59,793 nt of DNA from Fidelibacterota bacterium (GTDB lineage Bacteria > Fidelibacterota > Marinisomatia > Marinisomatales > UBA1611), in assembly GCA_018692355.1 (NCBI GenBank), contig JABHKE010000075.1, forward strand, positions 1 through 59,793. Direction: 5' to 3'. The notes under the pieces were generated by a model. It was not told the DNA's origin and did no database searches. It worked only from the letters and a program-made list of their open reading frames with translations. The first letter of the stretch is position 1. Every line of letters begins with the position of its first letter. The position numbers and the translations under genes are program-made. Positions 1-9,207 of this stretch are shown piece by piece.

Positions 1-76
1 AAAACAGCTTAACCAACTGTCTAAATTTCTTCTCAGAAATATGGGAACGCCTAACATACTTGTTTCTCATTGTCAT
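1..76 (-). mobile_element. 5' end (25 codons) of an IS1595-family-like transposase gene running off the left edge of the window
   Basis: The reverse strand from ATG (76-74) reads MTMRNKYVRRSHISEKKFRQLVKLF with no stop before position 1. The K-Y-x-R-R-S-x-I-S-E-x-K-F-R-x-L N-terminus is what I recall for IS1595/ISXO2-like DDE transposases. Only 25 aa are visible, the IS ends cannot be identified, and the ORF is below the track cutoff. Confidence 0.4.
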
Positions 77-314
77 ATAAGAACTTACAGCCTTTTATCT
101 TATGTATTCTAGTCATGACCCTTTTATTATCTAATTATCCGTCGCATTAAAACCGGTAATGTTTATACCAAAACGCCAGACTGGGGCCCCTACCCTGAAG
201 TTTACCATATTGTTTTTTATTCAAAGGAAATTATGAGTGGATTGTTTATTCAGGATTTATAGCTGTATATCAAATTATTTGGAGAAACATCTTATCATTA
301 CGCATCAACTGATT

Positions 315-1976
315 CTAGTCAAATATATAGTCCTTCCCACCAACCACGGTTCTCATAACTTTAGATTCCAATATCTGCTCAGGTCTCGCCGTGAGAAAAT
401 TTGTTGAGTGTACGACAAAATCAGCATGTTTACCGATAAGGATTGATCCGGTTGTTTTTTCCCAGAAAGCAGCATATGCATTGTTAATGGTATAAGACCG
501 AAGGGCATCTTCCACACTAATCTTTTCATTCGGGTACCATCCGGATGGATTTTTCCCATCCCTGGTATGGCGAGTGATGGCTGCATAAATGCCTGTAACT
601 GGATTAAAAGGTGCAACAGTCCAGTCTGACCCAAAAGTAAGATTGGCACCACTCTCGATTAGGGTTTTAAATACATAAGTTCTAGATAATCTGTCATGTT
701 CAATCCGTTTATAAGCCCAGGAACCATCGTCAAAAATATGATAAGGCTGCATAGATGGAATAATATTTTCTGCAGCAAAACGGGGCACAGCAGATTTGGA
801 AAGATGTTGGGCGTGCTCAATTCGACACCGTCTATCCTTTTGACCAAACTCTTCTTTTATTGATGCAAATTCATCCAGAATCCAATCATTCGCCTGATCA
901 CCAATAGCATGGACCGCATGCTGAATATTGGCTTTGTCCGTTTCCCGCAAAATATGTTTGAATTCGGTGGTATCTTTGAGAGTAATGATTCCTACTGTAG
1001 GAAGCTCTTCTTTTTCGGATGAAAAAGTATCATTTAAATATGGTTTATGCATCCAAGCTGTCCGGGAGCCCAAGGATCCATCCATCATACCTTTAATACC
1101 GTCCCATCGGAGCCATTCATCTCCGGGGCCATTATTTTGTACATTTCGGATAATTTTTTTCCAATTCGTGTACCAAGGATATATCTTAATTCGAATTTTT
1201 AAACGTCCATTTTTATAGTTCCGTTTATAGGTTTCCAAGGATTCCCAAGTCCCCATATCATGGATCTGCGTGATTCCCAAGGAGAGAGCAAATTGCATGG
1301 CCGCATCCAATGCCTGATCCATTTCTTCAATTGAATACTCAGGGACAACTTTATTTACAAGTGCCATAGCTTCATCTTTTAATATTCCAGTGGGACTACC
1401 TTGGCTATCCTTTAACACAATACCGCCAACTGGATCAAGTGTACTGGAGTTGATTCCTGCCAATTCCAAAGCTTTACTATTTGCCAGAGCCATGTGCCCA
1501 TCAAGGCGACCTAAGAAAACAGGTCTATCCAGCAGAACATCATCGATCCAGGATTTATCAGGATAATTGCCTCCCCATAACTCGTGATCCCAATCACCTC
1601 CTAACATCCATGCACCTTTAGGGAGAGATTCCGCATGGGCCACGATCCGCTTCTGAAATTCAGCTTTATTGTCCACATCACGAAGATCTACGCTGGAAAG
1701 CTGAAATCCACCACTCATGAAATGAACATGATTATCAATCAAACCAGGAGTGACAAAGCGCCCCATTAAATTTATCTTCTCAGTTTCCGGGCTAGCCATT
1801 TCCAAGGTTTCATTGTCATTCCCAACGAATAGAATTTGTTCATTTCCTACTGCAAGAGCTGATGCTGATGGGTTTGATAAATTTCCTGTCCAGATGATAC
1901 CATTATAATAAATTTTTTCAACTTTTGGTGCGGAGCAGGCGCATATCAATAAAAGCAGGGGAAGTATCTTTTTCAT
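315..1976 (-). CDS. Amidohydrolase-family (YtcJ-like, metal-dependent) hydrolase, probably an exported lipoprotein
   Basis: The ORF 315..2045 carries metal-ligand motifs DNHVHFMSGG, HAVHAIGDQAND, RIEHAQH and FGSDW. The track start at 2045 is a TTG. The in-frame ATG at 1976 gives MKKILPLLLLICAC, a signal/lipobox-like N-terminus, so I prefer 1976. Confidence 0.8.
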   Translation of the reverse strand: MKKILPLLLLICACSAPKVEKIYYNGIIWTGNLSNPSASALAVGNEQILFVGNDNETLEMASPETEKINLMGRFVTPGLIDNHVHFMSGGFQLSSVDLRDVDNKAEFQKRIVAHAESLPKGAWMLGGDWDHELWGGNYPDKSWIDDVLLDRPVFLGRLDGHMALANSKALELAGINSSTLDPVGGIVLKDSQGSPTGILKDEAMALVNKVVPEYSIEEMDQALDAAMQFALSLGITQIHDMGTWESLETYKRNYKNGRLKIRIKIYPWYTNWKKIIRNVQNNGPGDEWLRWDGIKGMMDGSLGSRTAWMHKPYLNDTFSSEKEELPTVGIITLKDTTEFKHILRETDKANIQHAVHAIGDQANDWILDEFASIKEEFGQKDRRCRIEHAQHLSKSAVPRFAAENIIPSMQPYHIFDDGSWAYKRIEHDRLSRTYVFKTLIESGANLTFGSDWTVAPFNPVTGIYAAITRHTRDGKNPSGWYPNEKISVEDALRSYTINNAYAAFWEKTTGSILIGKHADFVVHSTNFLTARPEQILESKVMRTVVGGKDYIFD

Positions 1977-2082
1977 AATAATTTTATTAGTTAGGTTATA
2001 AATTTTTGGATTGATGAGTCTTTTTAAATCCAGTTGAGAACTCAATAGTCAACAACACAATTTACAGTCTAATTTTAGTGAT

Positions 2083-3075
2083 ATGAAAATTGGGAATATT
2101 CATATTGAAACTCCGATATTTCTCGCCCCCATGGCGGGTGTCACCGATTATCCTTTTCGAATTTTATGTAACGAAATGGGTGCTGGCATTGTGTATTCAG
2201 AATTTGTATCCGCTGATGGTATCATCCGTGAGAACTCTAAAACATTAAGCTTAATTCGATTCGAAGAAGCAGAACGACCCATTGGTATCCAGATTTTCGG
2301 GAGTGACGCCGAAACCATGAGCCAAGCTGCAAAATTCGTGGTGGATACTTTTCATCCCGATATTCTCGATATTAATTATGGATGTCCTGTCCCAAAAGTG
2401 ACCAAAAAAGGCGGCGGGTCTGCGGCACTTCAGGACTTGTGTTTAATGGATGATATTACAGCAGCAGTTGTTGAGTCAATTCCTGAAGTACCTGTCACTG
2501 TTAAAATGCGAATGGGATGGAATCAAACTTCAATTGTTATTCCGGAAGTGGGCCAACGATTAGAGAAAATTGGGGTGAAGGCAATTGCCCTTCATCCCAG
2601 AACCACAAAACAGCGGTATACCGGAAAAGCAGATTGGCATTATATTAAACTCCTAAAAGAATCCTGTTCTATCCCAGTAATTGGGAATGGAGATGTTTGT
2701 ACAACTGATGATATGATGAGGATGTTTGATGAAACCGGCTGCGATGCGGTAATGGTCGGACGGGCAGCGCATGGGAATCCTTGGTTTTTTAGGGAAGCAA
2801 AAGCCCGGTTCAATGGTGAGCCAGATCCGGTTGCTCCCACCTTATCTGATATTTCCAATATGTGCAGTCGGCATTTTGATCTTTTATTGGAAAATCGTGG
2901 CGAAAGAACAGGTTCCAATTTGATGCGCAAACATTTTTCCAATTATATTAAAGGATTTCCCGATGCATCCATTTTCCGACAAAAATTGGTCACTGCGCCT
3001 GGTCTTGCAGAAATGCGATCCGCTTTAAATGAGTTTATGGAAGCAGCCCAAAAAGTTGAATTGGAATTAGTGTAA
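2083..3075 (+). CDS. dusB: tRNA-dihydrouridine synthase
   Basis: Motifs FLAPMAGVTDYPFR and DINYGCPVPKVTKKGGG (catalytic Cys) are present. The 330 aa length is typical of the Dus family. The B subtype is assigned by length and architecture only. Confidence 0.85.
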   Translation: MKIGNIHIETPIFLAPMAGVTDYPFRILCNEMGAGIVYSEFVSADGIIRENSKTLSLIRFEEAERPIGIQIFGSDAETMSQAAKFVVDTFHPDILDINYGCPVPKVTKKGGGSAALQDLCLMDDITAAVVESIPEVPVTVKMRMGWNQTSIVIPEVGQRLEKIGVKAIALHPRTTKQRYTGKADWHYIKLLKESCSIPVIGNGDVCTTDDMMRMFDETGCDAVMVGRAAHGNPWFFREAKARFNGEPDPVAPTLSDISNMCSRHFDLLLENRGERTGSNLMRKHFSNYIKGFPDASIFRQKLVTAPGLAEMRSALNEFMEAAQKVELELV

Positions 3076-3234
3076 CCGGTATATCAGAATCTAAAAAACA
3101 CCACAACCTATTTTATTTCTAATCCAAATTCTTAATCATCGCCCTACTCTACTCTCTATCTTGTGCTATCAATGAATGACCGGTAATTTTCCAAGCTTTT
3201 TTCAATTCAATTTTATTCATTAGAGATATAATCT

Positions 3235-4857
3235 ATGACTCAAATAACAAGGGCAGTAAACGAGCCCATCCTATCCTTTGCAGCCGGATCTTCAGAACGA
3301 GCCAGTCTTCAAGCCAAATATGATGAAATGGCCACACAAACAATCGAGATCCCTCTTATAATTGACGGTAAAGAAATTAAAACAGGTGATATGGGTAACT
3401 GTGTCATGCCCCACAACCACCAACACGTTTTAGCCACTTATCATAAAGCCGGTGAAACCGAAGTAATTCAGGCAATTGATGTAGCCATGAAATCGTGGAA
3501 AACTTGGTCAACAACAACATTGGAAGAAAGAACCAAAATATTCAGAAAAGCAGCTGAGCTATTGCAAGGTCCGTGGCGGGATACCATCAATGCAGCCACC
3601 ATGCTCAACCAAAGTAAAAATGCATTTCAGGCAGAAGTTGATGCAGCCTGTGAGTTAATTGACTTTTTTAATTTCAATGCGCAATATGCAGAAGAAATCA
3701 CTGCCAACCAACCGTTGATCTCACCGGAAGGCATGCACAATCACTTGGAGTATCGACCACTGGAAGGTTTCGTATTTGCCATTACACCGTTTAATTTTAC
3801 ATCCATCGCTGGTAACCTTCCTTCTGCTCCCGCACTCATGGGAAATGTGGCTTTATGGAAACCAGCATCAAGTGCGGTTCTGCCCTGTTATTATATTATG
3901 AAAATGTTGGAAGAAGCCGGTTTACCAGCAGGCGTGATTAACTTTATCCCAGGATCCGGTGGGAAAGTGGGAAATCCTGTTTTATCCAATTCGAATCTGG
4001 CTGGTGTACATTTTACAGGATCAACCGCCACCTTTCACCATATTTGGAAAACAATTGGCAACAATATTGACAAATACAAAACCTATCCAAGAATCGTAGG
4101 TGAAACCGGTGGGAAGGATTTCTGCCTCGCTCATGAGTCCGTTGATTTGGATGAATTATCCACAGCCATGATCCGTGGAGCATTTGAGTTCCAGGGACAA
4201 AAATGCTCAGCCATGTCTCGGGCTTACATTCCAACTACGATTTGGGATGACTTAAGGAACAAATATTTGTCGGAACTCGAAACAGTCAAAGTGGGCTCAC
4301 CAAGAGATTTTACCAATTTCATGAATGCTGTAATTGATAAACCCGCTTTTGATTCAATCGTATCATATATTGATTATGCAAAGGAGTCGGATAATGCTGA
4401 AATCATTTCCGGTGGGACATATGATGATTCCAAAGGCTACTTCATTCAGCCCACAACCATCCTGACAACTGATCCCCATTTTAAAACCATGGAAGAAGAA
4501 ATTTTCGGCCCCGTTCTAACAATATACCTATATGATCCCACCGATTGGGATTCTATCTTTGATCTGGTGGATTCTACATCACCCTATGCTTTGACTGGGT
4601 GTATTATGGGGAAAGATAAGGAAGCCTTAGATGAAGCTAAGGATCGCTTGGCCCATTCTGCCGGAAATTTTTATATAAATGATAAACCTACTGGAGCAGT
4701 TGTAGGTCAACAACCTTTTGGTGGTAGCCGTGCTTCAGGGACCAATGATAAAGCAGGATCCGAATTAAACCTTTTACGGTGGCTTTCACTTAGAACGGTA
4801 AAAGAGACCTTTGATACACCAAAAGATTATCGGTATCCATTTTTACAAGAGGATTAA
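3235..4857 (+). CDS. pruA: L-glutamate gamma-semialdehyde (1-pyrroline-5-carboxylate) dehydrogenase
   Basis: The 540-aa protein belongs to the aldehyde dehydrogenase superfamily. It carries FTGSTATF, VGETGGKDF (catalytic Glu) and EFQGQKCSA (catalytic Cys). Its length and N-terminus resemble the stand-alone PruA/RocA type. Confidence 0.8.
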   Translation: MTQITRAVNEPILSFAAGSSERASLQAKYDEMATQTIEIPLIIDGKEIKTGDMGNCVMPHNHQHVLATYHKAGETEVIQAIDVAMKSWKTWSTTTLEERTKIFRKAAELLQGPWRDTINAATMLNQSKNAFQAEVDAACELIDFFNFNAQYAEEITANQPLISPEGMHNHLEYRPLEGFVFAITPFNFTSIAGNLPSAPALMGNVALWKPASSAVLPCYYIMKMLEEAGLPAGVINFIPGSGGKVGNPVLSNSNLAGVHFTGSTATFHHIWKTIGNNIDKYKTYPRIVGETGGKDFCLAHESVDLDELSTAMIRGAFEFQGQKCSAMSRAYIPTTIWDDLRNKYLSELETVKVGSPRDFTNFMNAVIDKPAFDSIVSYIDYAKESDNAEIISGGTYDDSKGYFIQPTTILTTDPHFKTMEEEIFGPVLTIYLYDPTDWDSIFDLVDSTSPYALTGCIMGKDKEALDEAKDRLAHSAGNFYINDKPTGAVVGQQPFGGSRASGTNDKAGSELNLLRWLSLRTVKETFDTPKDYRYPFLQED

Positions 4858-5808
4858 TTGATTTCTCGAACAGCTATGATTGCAATGGGCGGAAATTCTC
4901 TTTCACCCAAAGGTGAAGCCGGAACAATCACCCAACAATTTGCCCACACTCGGGAAACATTGGACGGTATCGGGAATTTCATTGAACGAGGTTATAATCT
5001 TTGCATCAATCATGGAAATGGCCCGCAAGTGGGAAACGAATTATTACGTATGGATCTCACTCATGATAAAGTGCCTCCCCTTCCTTTAGGTGTCTGCGTT
5101 GCCGGAACACAAGGTTCCATCGGCTATATGATCCAACAATCTTTGCAAAACAAATTACGGGATATGAAGGTGGATCGGGAAGTTGTGACGATGGTCACCC
5201 AGGTAATCGTCGACAAGAATGATCCATCCATCAAAGATCCAAGTAAATATGTGGGCGCCCGATATCCCGAAAATGAAGCTAAATCACTGGCAAAAATATT
5301 CGGCTGGAGCATTAAAGAACAAGAACCGGGACAATGGCGCCGCGTGGTACCATCACCTATGCCGGAATACATTATGCACGGTAAATCAATAAAGGCGCTA
5401 GTGGACCGGGGAACCATTGTGATCGCTTCCGGTGGCGGTGGAATCCCTGTATTTAATGATCCCACAGGACACCTTGAAGGGCTTGATGCGGTAATTGATA
5501 AAGATTATGCAGCGGCAAAACTTGGGCGAATTCTCCATGCAGAAGAATTGTGGATCATTACCGATGTGGATAATGTTTACCTAAGTTTTGGAACTGAAAA
5601 TCAGGAAATACTTCGAATCATAACCACATCTGATGTGGAAAAATTATACAACAAAGGTGAATTTCAACAAGGGAGCATCGGGCCGAAAATAAAAGCGGCT
5701 TTACATTTTTTGAAATATCACGGTAAAAAAGTAGTTATAACATCTATCCCCTGCATCAAGGATGCTTTGGAAGGCAATGCTGGGACAGAAATAAGGAATG
5801 AAGCATGA
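4858..5808 (+). CDS. arcC: Carbamate kinase
   Basis: Motifs AMGGNSL, NHGNGPQVGN, GTQGSIGY, RRVVPSP, ASGGGGIPV and AVIDKD are collinear with enterococcal carbamate kinase as I remember it. The TTG start at 4858 directly follows the pruA stop, and ATG 4876 is an alternative. The stop overlaps the sucC ATG (ATGA). Confidence 0.85.
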   Translation: MISRTAMIAMGGNSLSPKGEAGTITQQFAHTRETLDGIGNFIERGYNLCINHGNGPQVGNELLRMDLTHDKVPPLPLGVCVAGTQGSIGYMIQQSLQNKLRDMKVDREVVTMVTQVIVDKNDPSIKDPSKYVGARYPENEAKSLAKIFGWSIKEQEPGQWRRVVPSPMPEYIMHGKSIKALVDRGTIVIASGGGGIPVFNDPTGHLEGLDAVIDKDYAAAKLGRILHAEELWIITDVDNVYLSFGTENQEILRIITTSDVEKLYNKGEFQQGSIGPKIKAALHFLKYHGKKVVITSIPCIKDALEGNAGTEIRNEA

Positions 5809-6983
5809 AAATTCATGAATATCAAGCTAAAAAGATCTTTGCCAATTTTGGAATGCCTGTTCAAGATGGTTACGTCTTTGAAAATATTGAAGAGACAGAA
5901 CCCACCATTAGAAGAGTACAAAAAGATTTTAATACTGAAGATGTGGTTGTAAAGGCCCAAATTCACGCAGGCGGACGCGGAAAAGGCGGCGGTGTGAAAT
6001 ATTCACCCAATTTTGATATAGCTATCCAAAATGCTAAAAATATCTTGGGCATGAACCTAGTCACACATCAAACCGGTGAAAAAGGTCAACTTGTCCGTAA
6101 AGTTTACGTGACTGAAGCCTTTGACATCGCAGAAGAATATTATGCAGCTATTACTTTGGATCGCGGTAAAAGCATGGATGTATTCATGATATCATCTGAA
6201 GGTGGCGTTGAGATTGAAAAAGTCGCCGCCGAAACTCCGGAAAAAATTGTAAAGGTCTGGATTGATCCGCTCTTGGGAATGAAATCATTTCAAGCTAGAA
6301 AACTAGCTTATGGACTCAATTTATCTGGGGATGCATTTAAAGCAGCCATGAAAATATTTATGCAAATGTATCACGCCTATCAAAGTATCGATGCAACTAT
6401 TGTGGAAGTAAATCCGCTTATTCTCACTACTGATGGACGTATCGTTGTTTTAGATGCCAAAGTGAATCTGGATGACAATGCCCTTTTTCGTCACAAGGAT
6501 ATTTCAGACATGCGTGATTTTGATGAAGAAGATCCCATGGAAGTTGAAGCAAGAAAATTCAGTCTGAATTATATAAAACTGGATGGCAATGTGGGCTGTA
6601 TGGTAAATGGTGCCGGGCTAGCCATGGCAACCATGGACATTATTAAACTGGCTGGCGGAGAACCGGCAAACTTTTTAGATGTGGGCGGTTCCGCTTCTGC
6701 AGAAACAGTTAAAAACGGCTTTCGTATTATTTTATCGGATGAGAATGTAAAAGCAGTTTTGATCAATATTTTTGGTGGTATTGTTCGCTGCGATCGCGTG
6801 GCCAATGGTGTGGTTCAAGCAGTGAAAGAATTGGGATTGAAAGTACCGGTTGTGGTACGCTTGGAAGGAACCAATTCCAGAGAAGCACAAGATATTTTAG
6901 CTAAGTCCGGTGTAGATATTATTCCTGCAATAGGCATGAAAGATGCTGCTGAAAAAGTTGTTAATGCAGCCTTAGGCAATTAG
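5805..6983 (+). CDS. sucC: Succinyl-CoA synthetase (ADP-forming) beta subunit
   Basis: N-terminus [12 protein letters not shown], plus the ATP-grasp motif and [13 protein letters not shown]. 392 aa. Confidence 0.95.
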   Translation: MKIHEYQAKKIFANFGMPVQDGYVFENIEETEPTIRRVQKDFNTEDVVVKAQIHAGGRGKGGGVKYSPNFDIAIQNAKNILGMNLVTHQTGEKGQLVRKVYVTEAFDIAEEYYAAITLDRGKSMDVFMISSEGGVEIEKVAAETPEKIVKVWIDPLLGMKSFQARKLAYGLNLSGDAFKAAMKIFMQMYHAYQSIDATIVEVNPLILTTDGRIVVLDAKVNLDDNALFRHKDISDMRDFDEEDPMEVEARKFSLNYIKLDGNVGCMVNGAGLAMATMDIIKLAGGEPANFLDVGGSASAETVKNGFRIILSDENVKAVLINIFGGIVRCDRVANGVVQAVKELGLKVPVVVRLEGTNSREAQDILAKSGVDIIPAIGMKDAAEKVVNAALGN

Positions 6984-6993
6984 GAGATTTGAA

Positions 6994-7872
6994 ATGTCAA
7001 TTTTAGTCAATAAAGATTCAAAAATAATTGTCCAGGGGATTACCGGATCAGAAGGTCAATTCCATGCAGGACAAATGCTGGAATATGGAACCCAAGTTGT
7101 TGCAGGTGTTACACCAGGGAAAGGTGGACAACAAACCTTGGACAATCGTGTTCCCGTTTTCAATTCAGTTGAAGAAGCGGTAGAACAAACCGGTGCGGAT
7201 ACGTCTATTATTTTTGTTCCTCCACCCTTTGCCGCTGAAGCTGTAATTGAAGCAAGTTATGCTGGTATTAAAGTTGTTGTCTGTATCACAGAAGGTGTTC
7301 CAGTTCATGATATGGTGAAAGTGAAGAAAGTCGTGGACCAAAATGGTACTCGCCTGATTGGCCCAAATTGCCCGGGAATAATCACTGTTGACGAATGTAA
7401 ACTGGGAATTATGCCAGGTTTCATTTGCAAAAAAGGGAATATTGGCGTGATCTCAAAATCTGGTACACTCACTTATGAAGCTATTGCCCAGTTGGTGAAT
7501 GTTGGCCTGGGACAAACGACCGCAATAGGAATCGGTGGCGATCCAATCATCGGCACCACAATGAAAGATTGTATCGAATTATTTGAAGCAGATCCAGATA
7601 CAAAAGGAATTGTTGTCATCGGAGAAATTGGCGGCCAAATGGAAATTGAAGCAGCGCGTTGGGCAAAAGATAATGTATCTAAACCTATGGTTGGATTCAT
7701 TGCTGGACAGACGGCACCTCCCGGTCGACGGATGGGACATGCTGGAGCGATCGTTTCCGGTGGCGATGATACTGCCGAAGCAAAAATGAGAATTCTAGGC
7801 GAATGCGGGATTGCGGTTGCTGAATCTGTAGCAGATATCGGTAATCTTATGAAAGCCGCAATGGAAAAATAA
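6994..7872 (+). CDS. sucD: Succinyl-CoA synthetase alpha subunit
   Basis: Motifs [17 protein letters not shown] and the phosphohistidine loop [15 protein letters not shown] Shine-Dalgarno lies upstream. Confidence 0.95.
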   Translation: MSILVNKDSKIIVQGITGSEGQFHAGQMLEYGTQVVAGVTPGKGGQQTLDNRVPVFNSVEEAVEQTGADTSIIFVPPPFAAEAVIEASYAGIKVVVCITEGVPVHDMVKVKKVVDQNGTRLIGPNCPGIITVDECKLGIMPGFICKKGNIGVISKSGTLTYEAIAQLVNVGLGQTTAIGIGGDPIIGTTMKDCIELFEADPDTKGIVVIGEIGGQMEIEAARWAKDNVSKPMVGFIAGQTAPPGRRMGHAGAIVSGGDDTAEAKMRILGECGIAVAESVADIGNLMKAAMEK

Positions 7873-7891
7873 ACATTAGGAAAAATAAATA

Positions 7892-8317
7892 ATGACAAAC
7901 AAAACATTTGCAATTATCAAGCCAGATGCAGTAAATAATAGATATACTGGAAAGATATATGACCGTATTTTACAGACAGGTTTTACGATACTTTCTGCTA
8001 AATTATTAAAAATGACATTAGCACAAGCAGAAGGGTTTTATGCAGTTCATAGAGAGCGCCCTTTTTACGGTGAGCTCACAACATTCATGTCGTCTGGTGC
8101 TTGTATGGTATTAGCATTAGAAAAAGAAAATGCTGTGGCTGCTTGGCGTGAAACAATTGGCGCAACCAACCCAGAAGAAGCTGCTGAAGGAACAATTCGG
8201 AAGGATTTTGCTACTAGTTTGGGAGAAAATGCTGTACATGGTTCAGATAGCGATGAAAATGCTGAAAAAGAAATTGCCTTTTTCTTTACAGAGAGTGAAC
8301 TTATAAGCAATAAATGA
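7892..8317 (+). CDS. ndk: Nucleoside-diphosphate kinase
   Basis: Motifs TFAIIKPDAV and the active-site NAVHGSDS. 141 aa. Confidence 0.95.
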   Translation: MTNKTFAIIKPDAVNNRYTGKIYDRILQTGFTILSAKLLKMTLAQAEGFYAVHRERPFYGELTTFMSSGACMVLALEKENAVAAWRETIGATNPEEAAEGTIRKDFATSLGENAVHGSDSDENAEKEIAFFFTESELISNK

Positions 8318-8327
8318 TTTCCTTCTT

Positions 8328-9185
8328 ATGAGAAAAACCCTATTTTTAACTATTCTGGTATCGTTTTTCGCTTGTAGCGGGGGCGGTATCGAGGGTTATG
8401 TGGGCGAATCTATTTCAATCACAGCAGATAATCCTGAAGAAGGAAAAGATGTGGATTACAATTGGACATTGGCGAATCAACCTGATGGCTCTCTCATGAA
8501 TTCTACCGATTTATCTGCATCTGATGATGGCCAAATAATGTCTTTCATTCCAGACTATCCCGGCGACTATTCCGTGGAAGTGGTTGTATCTCAATATGGA
8601 GATGATATTGCCAATCAAACATTTTCTTTTTCAATCATTGATCCTAAAAACCAGGAAGAAAAAGTTGAAGATGAAGAATCCAAAGATGAAGTAAACGAAG
8701 AATGGTTGAATGAAGATCTGGAAAAAGAATCAGATGTAGTCATTGAGGATGAAGATGAAGAAAACGATGATAGTGATTACGATGATGAAGTCGAAGATGA
8801 TGCAGATAGCGATGATCAGGAAAATGAAGTATCTGATGAAGATGATGATAATAATATACCCGTAACAAAAAACATTTCTTCTGCAGGTGTACAAGCAAAA
8901 GCCATCCAACCTAAAAAAGGCGCATCCATTGCTGCAAAGACAGATCAGTTCACCATCCAGATTACATCAAAACGGATGCTGAGTGATGCACAGTTATTTT
9001 CGCAAAAAATGATCAGCAAAGGTTATGACGCTTATATACAGAAAGCTTTGTTTGACACGGATAAAATCTGGTATCGTGTGCGTGTTGGAAGTTATGATAA
9101 CTATAATTCAGCCAAGGCGGCAGCCGATGTTCTCTCCGAAGAATTGGGTATGGCTACTTGGGTTGATTTTGTAAGAAAAGAATAA
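8328..9185 (+). CDS. Putative lipoprotein with an N-terminal Ig/PKD-like module, a poly-acidic linker and a C-terminal SPOR (septal peptidoglycan-binding) domain
   Basis: The signal peptide carries a lipobox (LVSFFAC). Residues about 108-175 are almost pure D/E. The C-terminus FTIQITS...GYDAYIQKA...WYRVRVGSYDNYNSAKAAADVL fits the SPOR beta-alpha-beta-beta repeat pattern. Confidence 0.6.
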   Translation: MRKTLFLTILVSFFACSGGGIEGYVGESISITADNPEEGKDVDYNWTLANQPDGSLMNSTDLSASDDGQIMSFIPDYPGDYSVEVVVSQYGDDIANQTFSFSIIDPKNQEEKVEDEESKDEVNEEWLNEDLEKESDVVIEDEDEENDDSDYDDEVEDDADSDDQENEVSDEDDDNNIPVTKNISSAGVQAKAIQPKKGASIAAKTDQFTIQITSKRMLSDAQLFSQKMISKGYDAYIQKALFDTDKIWYRVRVGSYDNYNSAKAAADVLSEELGMATWVDFVRKE

Positions 9186-9207
9186 TAATTAAATAGGAGA
9201 TAATACT

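Noticed and set aside
183-190. GGGGCCCC palindrome in the left-hand spacer
   Set aside because: It is a self-complementary octamer without a loop or U-tract. It cannot be tied to an IS end or terminator from this window alone.
1977-2045. TTG-initiated 5' extension of the amidohydrolase ORF
   Set aside because: The internal ATG at 1976 gives a signal/lipobox N-terminus, and the extension has no features.
3076-3234. 159-nt spacer upstream of pruA, together with 38036-38161 and 77-314, examined for tRNA, small RNA or riboswitch features
   Set aside because: I could see no cloverleaf, no conserved riboswitch cores and no stable helices. They are most simply promoter regions.
7473-7913. 146-aa ORF antisense to sucD
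   Set aside because: It lies entirely inside the well-supported sucD frame. It has Pro/Ser/Ala-rich composition with no motifs, which is typical of antisense shadow ORFs. The same applies to 7583..7789.
8649-8852. GAT/GAA-rich repetitive DNA here and at 10291..10485, considered as a tandem repeat or CRISPR-like array
   Set aside because: It is in-frame poly-Asp/Glu coding low complexity with no fixed repeat unit or spacers. It is not a CRISPR or a satellite.
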